From: Terriglobia bacterium
GTDB taxonomy: Bacteria; Acidobacteriota; Polarisedimenticolia; Polarisedimenticolales; JAIQFR01
Assembly: GCA_963748015.1 (NCBI GenBank)
Contig: CAVVHE010000006.1
Location: 64,001-128,000 of the forward strand
Direction of reading: 5' to 3'
DNA: 64,000 nt
A model generated the notes under the pieces. The model was not told where the DNA came from. It made no database searches and saw only the letters and a list, made by a program, of their open reading frames with translations. This document shows, in pieces, positions 51,228 to 60,332 of the stretch; position 1 is the first letter of the stretch, and every line of letters begins with the position of its first letter. The position numbers and the translations under genes were made by a program.

Positions 51228-51647
51228 ATGATCGACAGAACGAACGGGTCCGTCGAGTCGCAGCACGGCGTAGCTCCCGACCGCTCGGCCATGGCCGGCT
51301 TTCGAACCCAACTGGCTCTGGATCGCACGGCGCTGGCCTGGATTCGAACCACGCTGACGATGGCCAGCTTCGGTTTGGGAATGGTCGCCTTCTTCCGTTC
51401 GCTAAGGGAGACTGCTCCGAATCCGTTGACGGCCCGGCTGCATCAAGGCGCCATCTACTTCGGCACGGCCCTGATCGTGCTCGGGATCCTGGCGACCGTG
51501 CTCTCCGCCCTGTCGCAATTCTCCTCGCTCCGTCAGCTTCGACGGGGGCATACGCCGAGGGTGTCCCTCTGGCCCCTCAGCATCACGGTGTCCTTGCTGG
51601 TCTCCCTCCTCTTCCTGGCGGGGTTGTGGGCCGTGTTCGCGAGGTAG
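51228..51647 (+). CDS. DUF202/YidH-family membrane protein
   Basis: RTQLALDRTALAWIRT motif, three TM helices. Confidence 0.88.
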   Translation: MIDRTNGSVESQHGVAPDRSAMAGFRTQLALDRTALAWIRTTLTMASFGLGMVAFFRSLRETAPNPLTARLHQGAIYFGTALIVLGILATVLSALSQFSSLRQLRRGHTPRVSLWPLSITVSLLVSLLFLAGLWAVFAR

Positions 51648-51799
51648 CGGCCCGACGCGCCGGTTCGCACGAGGCCGATGCGGCCCGCCGCGTGGCTTCG
51701 CCGAACCAAGTGGCGAAGGCGAGAGCGATCGAGATCGAGTTCCGATCCAGCCGAGACCGGGGCCCCAGGCTCCCGCGGGTCGCTGAGGACGGATACGCC

Positions 51800-52180
51800 A
51801 TGCGATCAACGGGCACGCAACGGGAAGCGTGGCGCCCAAGGTGCCTGCGCCCGGCCCTTCTGGCGCTCCTGGTCGGGCTCGGGGCCACCGGTCGCGCCGT
51901 CGGGGACGACCCGTCGAAGGAGTCGTGGCCCGAGCTCGATCTCTGGCTGCGGCTCCCGCCCTCGTGGCGTCTTTCGATGTTCCTTGCCATCGCGAGCAAT
52001 ACCGAGACCGACTACCGCGAGGGGAACGTCGTCCTGCAGGCCGACTACGCGTGGGGGAAGCCGGGACGCCTGTACAACGGGCGGCTGCTGGACGAGGGGC
52101 GAGCGGAGGACATGAAGGCCATGCTGCTCCGCGGAGGCTATCTCGGCGGGAAGAGGCTCGGCGACGACTCCGAATTCCAG
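51800..52180 (+). pseudogene. 3'-truncated DUF2490-like outer-membrane protein
   Basis: Signal peptide then DDPSKESWPELDLW, echoing GDPWEFWPELNLY of 59434..60192; plausible sequence stops at ..LGDDSEF and the ORF runs antisense into the next gene to 52315. Confidence 0.65.
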
Positions 52181-52194
52181 GTGCGCGGCGCGGC

Positions 52195-54576
52195 CTATGG
52201 AAGCGTGCGGCGGCGGCCCGCGATCGCGGCGCGCTCGCGATCGTCTAGGCCTCGAGCCGCGAGGGCGCGGTCGTACAGCTCCGCCGCCTGCTTCGAGCGG
52301 CCTTTCCTGCCGTAAAGGTCTCCCAGCATGAGGACGGCGTCCCCGAACGCCGGGTGGGTCGCGACCAGGGCCTCGAGCGTCGCGGTCGCGTCGCTCTCCT
52401 TCCCCTGCTGCAGCTCGTAGTAGGCGCGGCTGAACGCGTACTTCGGCTCCGCGGGCTGAAGCTCGGCGGCCCGCCGGCACAGGCTCGCCGCCTGGGCGGG
52501 ATCCCGAGCCCCCACCAGGACCGCCAGGTTGTAGGCGGCGGGAGCGAGCGAGGGATCGGCGTCGAGAGCCTGCCGGAGAGCGGCCTCGGCCTGGTCGCTC
52601 TTTCCCATCTCCGCGAGCAGCAGGCCGAGATTGAACGAGGAGGCGGCGTTGCGCGGGTTCGCCCGCAGGGCCTGCCTCAGCAGCCCCTCGGCCTCCTCGT
52701 TGCGCCCCTGCCGGCTGAGATCGATCGCGAGGTTCGCGGCGGACATGTAGAACTGGTCGTCGATGGCCAGGGCCTTCCGGTACTGCTTCTCCGCCTCGCC
52801 GGGCCGGCCCAGCGCGTCCTCGAGCAGCGCCCAGTTGTGGCGGCCGGACGGCATGTCGGCCGAGTACGCCAGGATGCTCCGGTACTCCTCGAGCGCCGCG
52901 CGGAACGCCCCCTGCTGGGACTCGCTCAGCGCCTCCGGCGGCGCCCCGGCGAGACGCGACGCCGCCTCGGCGCGCACGCCGAGGACCGGGTCCTTGAGGA
53001 GCGGGGCGACGGCCTTGACGAAATGCGCGGGGTCGTCGTGGCGGAAGCGGTTCACGGCGGTCCGGCGGATCAGGGCGTCCTCGTCGCCCATGGCCTGCTC
53101 GAGGAGCCTCGTGCTGTCCTCGCCGGGATATCCCCACAGGAGGTCGAGCGCCGTGGCGCGCACGATCGCGGGCCGCAGCCGGTCGCCGGCCAGCGCGAGC
53201 AGCTCGGCCCGCGCCTCGGGCCGTCCCTCGCGCGCCGCCGCGAGAACGGTCCCGTAGTGGGGCTTGCGCTTCGCGCCGTACCACTTGTCGTAGCCCGCCA
53301 CGACCCACTTGAGGGGCTTGTCCGCGTGGCACCCCGCCTGGCTGCAGGCGTTCGGCGTGCCGATCGCCTGCGAGAGGTCGGGCCGCGGCACGCGCATGCT
53401 GTGGTCGCGCCGGAAGTGGACCACCATGTAGTTCCGTCCCGGCATGTGGCACGCGGTGCAGGTCGCCCCGTCGCTCGGCTTCCCCTGGTACACCTTCTTG
53501 TGGAAGTGGTGCGACGCGGTGTCGTAGGTGTCGGCCCGGTGGCACCGGAGGCAGAGCTCGTTCCCCTCCTTGTACCGCTTCGCGGAGTGCACGTCGTGGC
53601 AGTCGCTGCACCGGACGCCCTTGTCGTACATCTTGCTTTGCAGGAAGGAATGGACCTCGTACACCTCGTCCAGGATCTGGCCGTCGGGATGGAAGAGGCC
53701 CGGGGCGAGGAGCGTCGGCAGGTGGGCGTCGAGCGGCTCCGCCGCGGGCCGGTCCATGTCCTTCAATTCGGCGCGGCGCGAATGGCAGGGCGCGCAGAGG
53801 TCGACGAGGTCGCGCTGCGCCATGGAGGAGGTCTTCACCGTGAGCGCCGCGTTCGCGACCGGGGGCCGGCCCATCGCGGGCTTCTTTCCCCACGCCACGT
53901 GCAGCGATCCGGGGCCGTGGCAGGCCTCGCACCCGACGAAGATCTCCGCCCAGGTGGTGCTGTAGGTGTCCGCCTCCGGGTCGTAGCGCTTGCGCACGCC
54001 CGTCGAGTGGCACTGCGAGCACATGGTGTTCCAGTTGAGCGCGGGCCGCGTCCAGTGGAGCCAGTCGCTGGGAGGAACCTTCTGGCCGGGATAAAGGGAG
54101 AACCACCGCTTCTTCGGCACGTCCCACGCGACCGAGAGACATTGCAGCCGGCCGCCCGGAAACTGGACGATGTACTGCTGCAGCGGGGTCCACCCGAACG
54201 CGTAGGCGATCTCGAACTCCGCGGGCGGCCCCGCGAGGTCGTCGGTGCGGACGAAGTACTTGTCCCCCCGCGTCGAGAACCGCCAGGTCTTGCCGCTCTC
54301 CTCGAAGACCGCGTCCCGGAAGTCTCCCAGGACCGTGTTCGGTCGTGGCGCGAGCATCGCGAGCGCGTGGTGGGATCCCTTCCACCCGTCGTACGCCTTC
54401 GCGTGGCACTCGCGGCAGGCCTCGCTCCCGACGTAGAGCGGCACGGAGGGGGGTGCCGGCTTGGGACCGCGAACGGCCCGCGCCGCGAGATAGAGCGGGA
54501 CCGACAGCGCCAGGACCGCCGTCGCGGCGACGCCGACCTTCCGCCAGCGATCGAGAACGTCGGGCGTCGCGCTCAC
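52195..54576 (-). CDS. Membrane-anchored multiheme c-type cytochrome with HEAT/TPR C-terminus
   Basis: GTG start overlapping the Rieske stop; CRECH, CSQCH, CEACH, CAPCH, CSDCH, CLRCH, CTACH plus CSQAGCH; TPR motifs (FNLGLLL, AAYNLAVL). Confidence 0.93.
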   Translation of the reverse strand: MSATPDVLDRWRKVGVAATAVLALSVPLYLAARAVRGPKPAPPSVPLYVGSEACRECHAKAYDGWKGSHHALAMLAPRPNTVLGDFRDAVFEESGKTWRFSTRGDKYFVRTDDLAGPPAEFEIAYAFGWTPLQQYIVQFPGGRLQCLSVAWDVPKKRWFSLYPGQKVPPSDWLHWTRPALNWNTMCSQCHSTGVRKRYDPEADTYSTTWAEIFVGCEACHGPGSLHVAWGKKPAMGRPPVANAALTVKTSSMAQRDLVDLCAPCHSRRAELKDMDRPAAEPLDAHLPTLLAPGLFHPDGQILDEVYEVHSFLQSKMYDKGVRCSDCHDVHSAKRYKEGNELCLRCHRADTYDTASHHFHKKVYQGKPSDGATCTACHMPGRNYMVVHFRRDHSMRVPRPDLSQAIGTPNACSQAGCHADKPLKWVVAGYDKWYGAKRKPHYGTVLAAAREGRPEARAELLALAGDRLRPAIVRATALDLLWGYPGEDSTRLLEQAMGDEDALIRRTAVNRFRHDDPAHFVKAVAPLLKDPVLGVRAEAASRLAGAPPEALSESQQGAFRAALEEYRSILAYSADMPSGRHNWALLEDALGRPGEAEKQYRKALAIDDQFYMSAANLAIDLSRQGRNEEAEGLLRQALRANPRNAASSFNLGLLLAEMGKSDQAEAALRQALDADPSLAPAAYNLAVLVGARDPAQAASLCRRAAELQPAEPKYAFSRAYYELQQGKESDATATLEALVATHPAFGDAVLMLGDLYGRKGRSKQAAELYDRALAARGLDDRERAAIAGRRRTLP

Positions 54577-55055
54577 AGGTAGGTCACCTGCGACGGCTCG
54601 AACCGCTCTCGCCGAACCTTCTTCCTCGTGTCCACGCGCACCACGCCCCCCTCGATCGTCACGGGGAAGAGATCGAGCGCGCGCGGGGCGGGAGGGCTGA
54701 GCACCTGCCCCGTCATGTCGAACGCGGAGCCGTGGCAGGGGCACGGGAACTTCCGGTCCTTCTCGCTCCACGGCACGGTGCACTGGAGGTGGGTGCAGGT
54801 GCTCGACAGCGCGAGGAACCCGCCGTCCTGGAGGCGAACGAGATAGAAGCGCCCGCCCGGGAACGCCGTCACCGAGGACGGCGTGAATTCCGCGACCGGC
54901 CCCGCGTCCACGATCCCCTGGTCGGACGCGCCGGGAGCACCCTTGCGCGGCCACAGGTAGGCGACGGTGACCACGCCGAGCTGCGCCGCCGCGGCGACGC
55001 CGAGGACCTTCCAGAGCGTGCCGAGGAATCCCCGGCGCGTCGTCTCGCTCACCAT
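54573..55055 (-). CDS. petC: Rieske [2Fe-2S] subunit of a Rieske/cytochrome b complex
   Basis: Tat signal TTRRGFL, CTHLQC and CPCHGS boxes, PAPRAL. Confidence 0.93.
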   Translation of the reverse strand: MVSETTRRGFLGTLWKVLGVAAAAQLGVVTVAYLWPRKGAPGASDQGIVDAGPVAEFTPSSVTAFPGGRFYLVRLQDGGFLALSSTCTHLQCTVPWSEKDRKFPCPCHGSAFDMTGQVLSPPAPRALDLFPVTIEGGVVRVDTRKKVRRERFEPSQVTYL

Positions 55056-56413
55056 GGCCACTCCAGGCGCATCCCTTGGCCCCGGAAGAGGACCCCGACG
55101 GCCGTGAGCACGAGGAAAGCCACGGTCACGAACGAGAAGAGCGACTGCACGGTCTCGAGACGCGAGAGCGACAGCGACCGCTTCAAAAGGAGCACGAGTA
55201 CCCCGGCCACGAATCCCCAGAGGACGAGCGGAACGAGACCGCCGGCGATCGCCGCCGGCAGGGCAGGAAAGAGGCGCGACCACTGCAGGACGTGCTCATC
55301 GAGGAGCACCGCGACCGGGACGATCAGGAGCGCCGCCGCCGCGGCCAGGAGGGCCGCGCGCCTCCCGCGCTCCGAGTGGAACCACGAGCCGGTCGGCGCC
55401 TCGCCGTAACGCAGGAACGGAAGGCCGGCGAGGAACGCGCAGACGAGCAGGGGGACCACCACCACGGCGAACGACGGGTGCAGGTGGACCAGCAGCTCCT
55501 GGATGCCCATGAAGTACCAGGGCGCTTTCGCAGGGTTCGGGCTCATCCCGGCATTCGCCTGCTCCTCGAGCGGCGCCGGGACGACGGCCGCGATCGCCAG
55601 GAGGACGGCGAGCAGCACCAGCGAGGCGACCCCTTCGCGGACGAGGAGGTTCGGCCGAACGGGGACCAGGGTGGGGCGCGGGGCGCCGCCCCGGCCCGAT
55701 CCGCCCGGGAGCATGACGCCTCCCGCCTTTCGCACGAGCCAGAAGTGGAACCCCGTCAGCAGGAAGAGCAGGATCGGGAGCAGCGCGATGTGGAGGACGA
55801 AGAACAGCGAGAGGGTCTTCGGCCCCACCTCGTCCCCTCCACGCGCCATGCGCTGGAGCGCATCGCCGACGAGCGGCACGTACTGGAGCATCCCGGTGCC
55901 GATCGTCACGGCCCAGTAGGCCAGCTGGTCCCACGGGAGCAGGTAGCCGGTGAAGTCCGCGGCCATCACGACGAGGAGCATCCCGAGCCCCAGGCCCCAG
56001 TTGAAGCGGCGCGGAGGGAGGAACGCCCCCGTGAAGAACACTCGGAGGAGGTGGAGGAAGGCGACCACGAGCAGGAGGTTCCCCGCCCAGTGGTGGATGC
56101 CGCGGACGAACGCGCCGAACGGCACCTCCTCCTGGATCGACGCGACCGAGGCGTAGGCGCGCTCGGTCGACGGCTCGTAGGAGAAGAGGAGCAGCGCTCC
56201 CGTCGCGATCAACACCAGGAAGAGGACCAGGGCCATCCCGCCGAGGCCGAAGGTGCGCTCGAGCGCGAGCGATTCCTCCGGCACCATCTTCGGATGGAGG
56301 TGAAGCAGGAGGTTCGAGAAGCCCGACGGTTTCTTCGCGGCGGGAACCGCCGGGGCAGCCGGAGCCTTCGCCCCGGCCGCTCGCGGTTCAGATCCGGTCT
56401 TGTCCTCGCCCAT
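55049..56413 (-). CDS. petB: Cytochrome b (b6-like N-terminal + subunit IV-like C-terminal, fused)
   Basis: RGIHHW..H, FTGYLLPWDQLAYWA, H-x14-H in helix D, NPAKAPWYF at the Qo-motif position. Confidence 0.93.
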   Translation of the reverse strand: MGEDKTGSEPRAAGAKAPAAPAVPAAKKPSGFSNLLLHLHPKMVPEESLALERTFGLGGMALVLFLVLIATGALLLFSYEPSTERAYASVASIQEEVPFGAFVRGIHHWAGNLLLVVAFLHLLRVFFTGAFLPPRRFNWGLGLGMLLVVMAADFTGYLLPWDQLAYWAVTIGTGMLQYVPLVGDALQRMARGGDEVGPKTLSLFFVLHIALLPILLFLLTGFHFWLVRKAGGVMLPGGSGRGGAPRPTLVPVRPNLLVREGVASLVLLAVLLAIAAVVPAPLEEQANAGMSPNPAKAPWYFMGIQELLVHLHPSFAVVVVPLLVCAFLAGLPFLRYGEAPTGSWFHSERGRRAALLAAAAALLIVPVAVLLDEHVLQWSRLFPALPAAIAGGLVPLVLWGFVAGVLVLLLKRSLSLSRLETVQSLFSFVTVAFLVLTAVGVLFRGQGMRLEWPW

Positions 56414-56481
56414 GCCGGCCCCGAGCCCCCCGCTCTCGTCCGTCCAGCGGAGCATAGCACCGGCCGGGTGGGAGTCTCACC

Positions 56482-58041
56482 TCAGTTGGCGTTCTTCGGC
56501 GCGGCCTGGAGCGTCTCGAGAACCTGGTCGAGGCTGAAGCTACCGACCTTCTGGCTCGGCGGGAACTCCCCGAACGTGCCGAGGAACCGCGCGACGTACT
56601 GCTGCGCCGGCACGAGGATGAACATGTGATCGATCCTCCACCGCCAGAAGTCGATGGCGTGGTCGGCCGCCTCGAAGGGGTCCGAGCGGAGGTTGTAGAC
56701 TTTGGGAACGCGCAACGTCGTGTACTGCTCCTGCCACCCGTCGGCGCCCTCGCCGCGTTGCTCCTGAAAGACGACCTTGTACTGCTGATAGCGCATCGCG
56801 GTCAGGTTGCCGTCGTCGCCGAAGTAGAAGAACTCCTTGCGCGGGCTGGGGGCCTTGCCGGCGAGCGCGTCGGTGAGGTCGTAGCCGTCGAGGTGCACCT
56901 TGAAGGTCTTGTCGCCGACCTTCATGCCCTTGAGCAGCCGCTCCTTCACGTCGGGCACGCCGGCGGCCGCCATCAGCGTGGGGAGCATGTCCTCGTGGGC
57001 GAAGATGTCGTTGAGCACGGTGCCGGGCTTGATCGTGCCGGGCCAGCGAATGGCGCAGGGCACCCGGAAGCCGCCTTCCCACTGCGTGCCCTTCTCGCCG
57101 CGGAAGGGAGACTGGCCGCCGTCGGGCCAGGTCATCTTCTCCGCGCCGTTGTCCGTCGAGTACATGACGATCGTGTTCTGATCGAGGCCCAGCTCCTTGA
57201 GCTTGTCCAGCAGCTGGCCGACCATCGCGTCGTGCTCGACCATGCCGTCGGGATAGGTGCCGAGCCCCGTCTTGCCCTTGCTGCCTTCCTTCAGGTGCGT
57301 CCAGATGTGCATGCGGGTGGAGTTCCACCAGAGGAAGAACGGCTTGTCCGACTTCTTGGCCTTCTCGAGATAGGCCAGCGCGGCGTCGGTGAACTCCTGG
57401 TCGATGGTCTCCATTCGCTTCTTGCCCAGGGGGCCGGTGGACTCGATCCTCTGCGTGCCGTCGGGGTTCGCCCAGGCGTGGATCACGCCGCGCGTCTGGT
57501 ACTTCTTGATCAGCTCCGGGTCCTTGAAGTAGTCCGGATTCTCGAACTCCTCCTCGGCGTTGAGGTGGTAGAGCGAGCCGAAGAACTCGTCGAACCCGTG
57601 CGCGGTGGGAAGGTGCTCGTCGAGGTCGCCGAGATGGTTCTTGCCGAACTGCGCCGTCATGTAACCCTGCGCCTTGAGCAGCTGCGCGAGCGTGACATCC
57701 CGCGCCTGGAGCCCTTCCTTCGCGCCGGGCAGGCCGACCTTGAGCAGGCCGGTGCGAAAGCCGCTCTGCCCGGTCAGGAACGCCGCGCGCCCCGCGGTGC
57801 AGCTCTGCTGGCCGTACCAGTCGGTGAACAGCGCGCCTTCCCTCGCGATGCGATCGATGTTGGGCGTTCTATAGCCCATCATCCCCTGGTTATAGGCGCT
57901 GACGTTCCAGTAGCCGACGTCGTCGCCCCAGAGGACGAGGATGTTGGGCTTCTTGGCCGCCTGCTGGGCCCATGCCGGGCCGGCCACGGCCGTTAGCGCG
58001 ATCGTGACGACGATCGCGGCGATCGCTTGTCTGCTCCGCAT
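56482..58041 (-). CDS. Arylsulfatase (Cys-type, SCTAGR)
   Basis: PNILVLWGDD, SCTAGRAAFLTG, GKNHLGD, STDNG, GEKG..WEGG; AAGGAG RBS; Sec-type signal. Confidence 0.96.
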   Translation of the reverse strand: MRSRQAIAAIVVTIALTAVAGPAWAQQAAKKPNILVLWGDDVGYWNVSAYNQGMMGYRTPNIDRIAREGALFTDWYGQQSCTAGRAAFLTGQSGFRTGLLKVGLPGAKEGLQARDVTLAQLLKAQGYMTAQFGKNHLGDLDEHLPTAHGFDEFFGSLYHLNAEEEFENPDYFKDPELIKKYQTRGVIHAWANPDGTQRIESTGPLGKKRMETIDQEFTDAALAYLEKAKKSDKPFFLWWNSTRMHIWTHLKEGSKGKTGLGTYPDGMVEHDAMVGQLLDKLKELGLDQNTIVMYSTDNGAEKMTWPDGGQSPFRGEKGTQWEGGFRVPCAIRWPGTIKPGTVLNDIFAHEDMLPTLMAAAGVPDVKERLLKGMKVGDKTFKVHLDGYDLTDALAGKAPSPRKEFFYFGDDGNLTAMRYQQYKVVFQEQRGEGADGWQEQYTTLRVPKVYNLRSDPFEAADHAIDFWRWRIDHMFILVPAQQYVARFLGTFGEFPPSQKVGSFSLDQVLETLQAAPKNAN

Positions 58042-58155
58042 TCGGACACTCCTTATTGGACGCCGTTCTTGCCGGCGTGATGCCGCGACGATCCTGCTCA
58101 TCTGTTTGATTGATCCAGCCGTGCGGTTATGGCGCTCCGTTCGCGATTCACCACA

Positions 58156-58184
58156 ATGTTCACCCTTTGCGTCCCATTTGTCAA
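58156..58184 (-). promoter_or_regulatory. Possible sigma70 promoter for the sulfatase-cytochrome operon
   Basis: Exact TTGACA at 58184-58179 on the minus strand in an AT-richer gap; the -10 at 17-18 bp is weak (GAACAT/AACATT). Confidence 0.3.
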
Positions 58185-58315
58185 ACGCACCCGTACGAAC
58201 GGGCCCGCCGGGTGACGATGGCAGGGCCTCGGCCTGCAGCTCGGCGCCTTCTCTTCGAGCGCCTTCGAGCGTATAAGAGCTCTTGATCCCCGGCATTCGG
58301 ATTGGAGATGCCGCC

Positions 58316-59429
58316 ATGACGGCGAGAGTGACGACATGCCTTGCGCTCGTGCTGGCCGCGACGATCGCGTCCTCGTCGGCCGGGGCTTCATCGCCGGCCT
58401 TCGACTGCGCCAAGGCGAGCGGCGAGATCGAGGCGATGGTCTGCAAGGACGACGGGCTCGCCGCGCTCGACCGCAAGATGGCGGCCGCCTACGAGAAGGC
58501 GATGAAGGCCTGGCCCGCGGAGGAGGTCTCCAGGCAGAAGGCCCTCCAGCGGGGCTGGATCAAGGGGCGGAACGATTGCTGGAAAGCGGACGACAAGAGG
58601 TCCTGCGCGGAGCTGTCCTACCGCACCCGCATCGTCGAGCTGCAGATCCAGTCCGGGGAGCTCACCGCCCCCGAGCCGGTCGGCTACGCCTGCACCGGAT
58701 GGGAGAGCAAGCCCTTCTTCGCCACGTTCTACAATCGAAACCGATCCGCCGAGCGCCGTCATCACGTTCGGCGACGACCAGGTCATCGCGTTCCAGGCCC
58801 GGTCGGCCAGCGGCGCGAGGTACACCGCGGAGAACATGGAGTTCTGGGAGCACCACGGCGAGGCGGCCGTGGACTGGTATGGAATCGAGCTCCGGTGCAA
58901 GGCGCGGCCGCCGGCCGGTGCGCCGACTCGCGCGTTCGAGCGGACCCTCCGGCTCGGGGGGATCACGTTCGACGTATCGTGTCCGAACGACCGCTCGATT
59001 CCCACGCTCAGGATCGTGCCGGCGGGGCTCGAGGTGGACAACTCCGCCGTGATCCGCGAGGTGGAGGGCATCGTCGTGGGCGCCGAGGCCGCCGACCTCG
59101 ACGCGGACGGCTCGCCCGAGATCTACGTGTACGTGCAGTCGGTGGGGAGCGGCTCCTACGGCTCGCTCGCGGCCTACTCGGCGAACAACCGGAAGTCCCT
59201 GAGCCAGATTTATCTTCCACCCGTTGCCGCCGACGACAAGGCAGTCAAAGGCTATCAGGGGCACGACGCGTTCGCCGTGGAGGGGAACACCCTGGTTCGG
59301 CGGTTCCCGGTCTACCGGCAAGGCGACACCAACGCGGCGCCCACGGGCGGGACGCGGCAGCTCCGGTACAGGCTCGTCGCCGGAGAAGCGGGCTGGCTCC
59401 TGAAGCTCGACCGGGTCGTCGGCGACTAG
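58316..59429 (+). CDS. LprI + MliC + PliI-like lysozyme-inhibitor fusion; +1 frameshift near 58735
   Basis: PAFDCAKA..IE.MVC..L..LD, QRGWIKGRNDC (LprI); after the shift ARSASGARY..EFWEH (MliC); DLDADGSPEIYV..GSGSYG, GYQGHD, FPVY (PliI-like). Confidence 0.8.
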
Positions 59430-59433
59430 CCGC

Positions 59434-60192
59434 TCAGTAATACCAGCGAGCTACGAGGGCGAAGACGTAGAGGCCGGAGGACTCGGGAAGCCGGTCCACC
59501 TGCCGCGCCACGGACGGCTCGAGCCGGAAGTGCCTGGTGAGGGCGATTTCCGCGCCGAGCTGGTAGAGCTCCCTGGCCCAGCCGTCGTAGCGCGTGTCGT
59601 AGAAGTACTCCGCCTGCAGGAAGACGTTCGACACCACGCCGAGCACCGTGAAGTCCCGGTTCAGCTCGCCGCGCAGGCGGTACCTCGTCGAGTAGTCCCC
59701 GTCGATCCAGCGAAGGTCCGCGCGGGTGCGCAGCTCGAAGAGGAACCGCGCGGGAAGGTAGGCTCTTCCGTGCACGGCGAGGATCCCCCGGTCCTCCGGG
59801 GTCGACATGACCTCGCCTTCCTGCTTGAAGACGTGGTCGTAGCCGATCCGGACCCAGAGGTACCGCTTCTTTCGCCAATCCTCTTGCGTCCGCCAGTCGT
59901 CCTGGCGTAGAACGTCCCGGGCGAACGGCCGGAACGTCATGTCGAAGTACCCGGCGACGTCCAGGGTCAGGAACTCCGATTCCTTCCCGGTCGCGTAGGC
60001 CGCCACGAAGTACGCCCGTCTCGTGGGGCCGAGCCCCTTGTAGAGGTTGAGCTCGGGCCAGAACTCCCAGGGGTCGCCGGCCCGCGCGGGGACGCTCAGG
60101 AGCAACGCGGCGAAAGCCGAAGATACCAGGATCCGGGCGGCCTTCGCCGCCGCACTCTTCGTGCGCCGGACGCCGTTCGGGGACGGGCTCAC
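59434..60192 (-). CDS. DUF2490-like outer-membrane beta-barrel protein
   Basis: Signal peptide, EFWPEL, RADLRW..YSTRYRLR, EYFYD, aromatic C-terminus WYY. Confidence 0.78.
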   Translation of the reverse strand: MSPSPNGVRRTKSAAAKAARILVSSAFAALLLSVPARAGDPWEFWPELNLYKGLGPTRRAYFVAAYATGKESEFLTLDVAGYFDMTFRPFARDVLRQDDWRTQEDWRKKRYLWVRIGYDHVFKQEGEVMSTPEDRGILAVHGRAYLPARFLFELRTRADLRWIDGDYSTRYRLRGELNRDFTVLGVVSNVFLQAEYFYDTRYDGWARELYQLGAEIALTRHFRLEPSVARQVDRLPESSGLYVFALVARWYY

Positions 60193-60260
60193 TTGAGCCA
60201 GCCGCGCCGGGAGAAGTACCGAAGCTGGCCTACCACCACGATCACCATGAACGACATGGC
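60189..60260 (-). pseudogene. 3' remnant of a CorA-type transporter gene
   Basis: Translates AMSFMVIVVVGQLRYFSRRGWLK*, the typical CorA last-helix ending; stop overlaps the downstream GTG (GTGA). Confidence 0.55.
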
Positions 60261-60332
60261 AGTGCGTACACCATCACCCTCTCGCGGCCCTCGCGAGACG
60301 GTGTCGCCGAACCACCTGCGTGAAGCTCAGCG

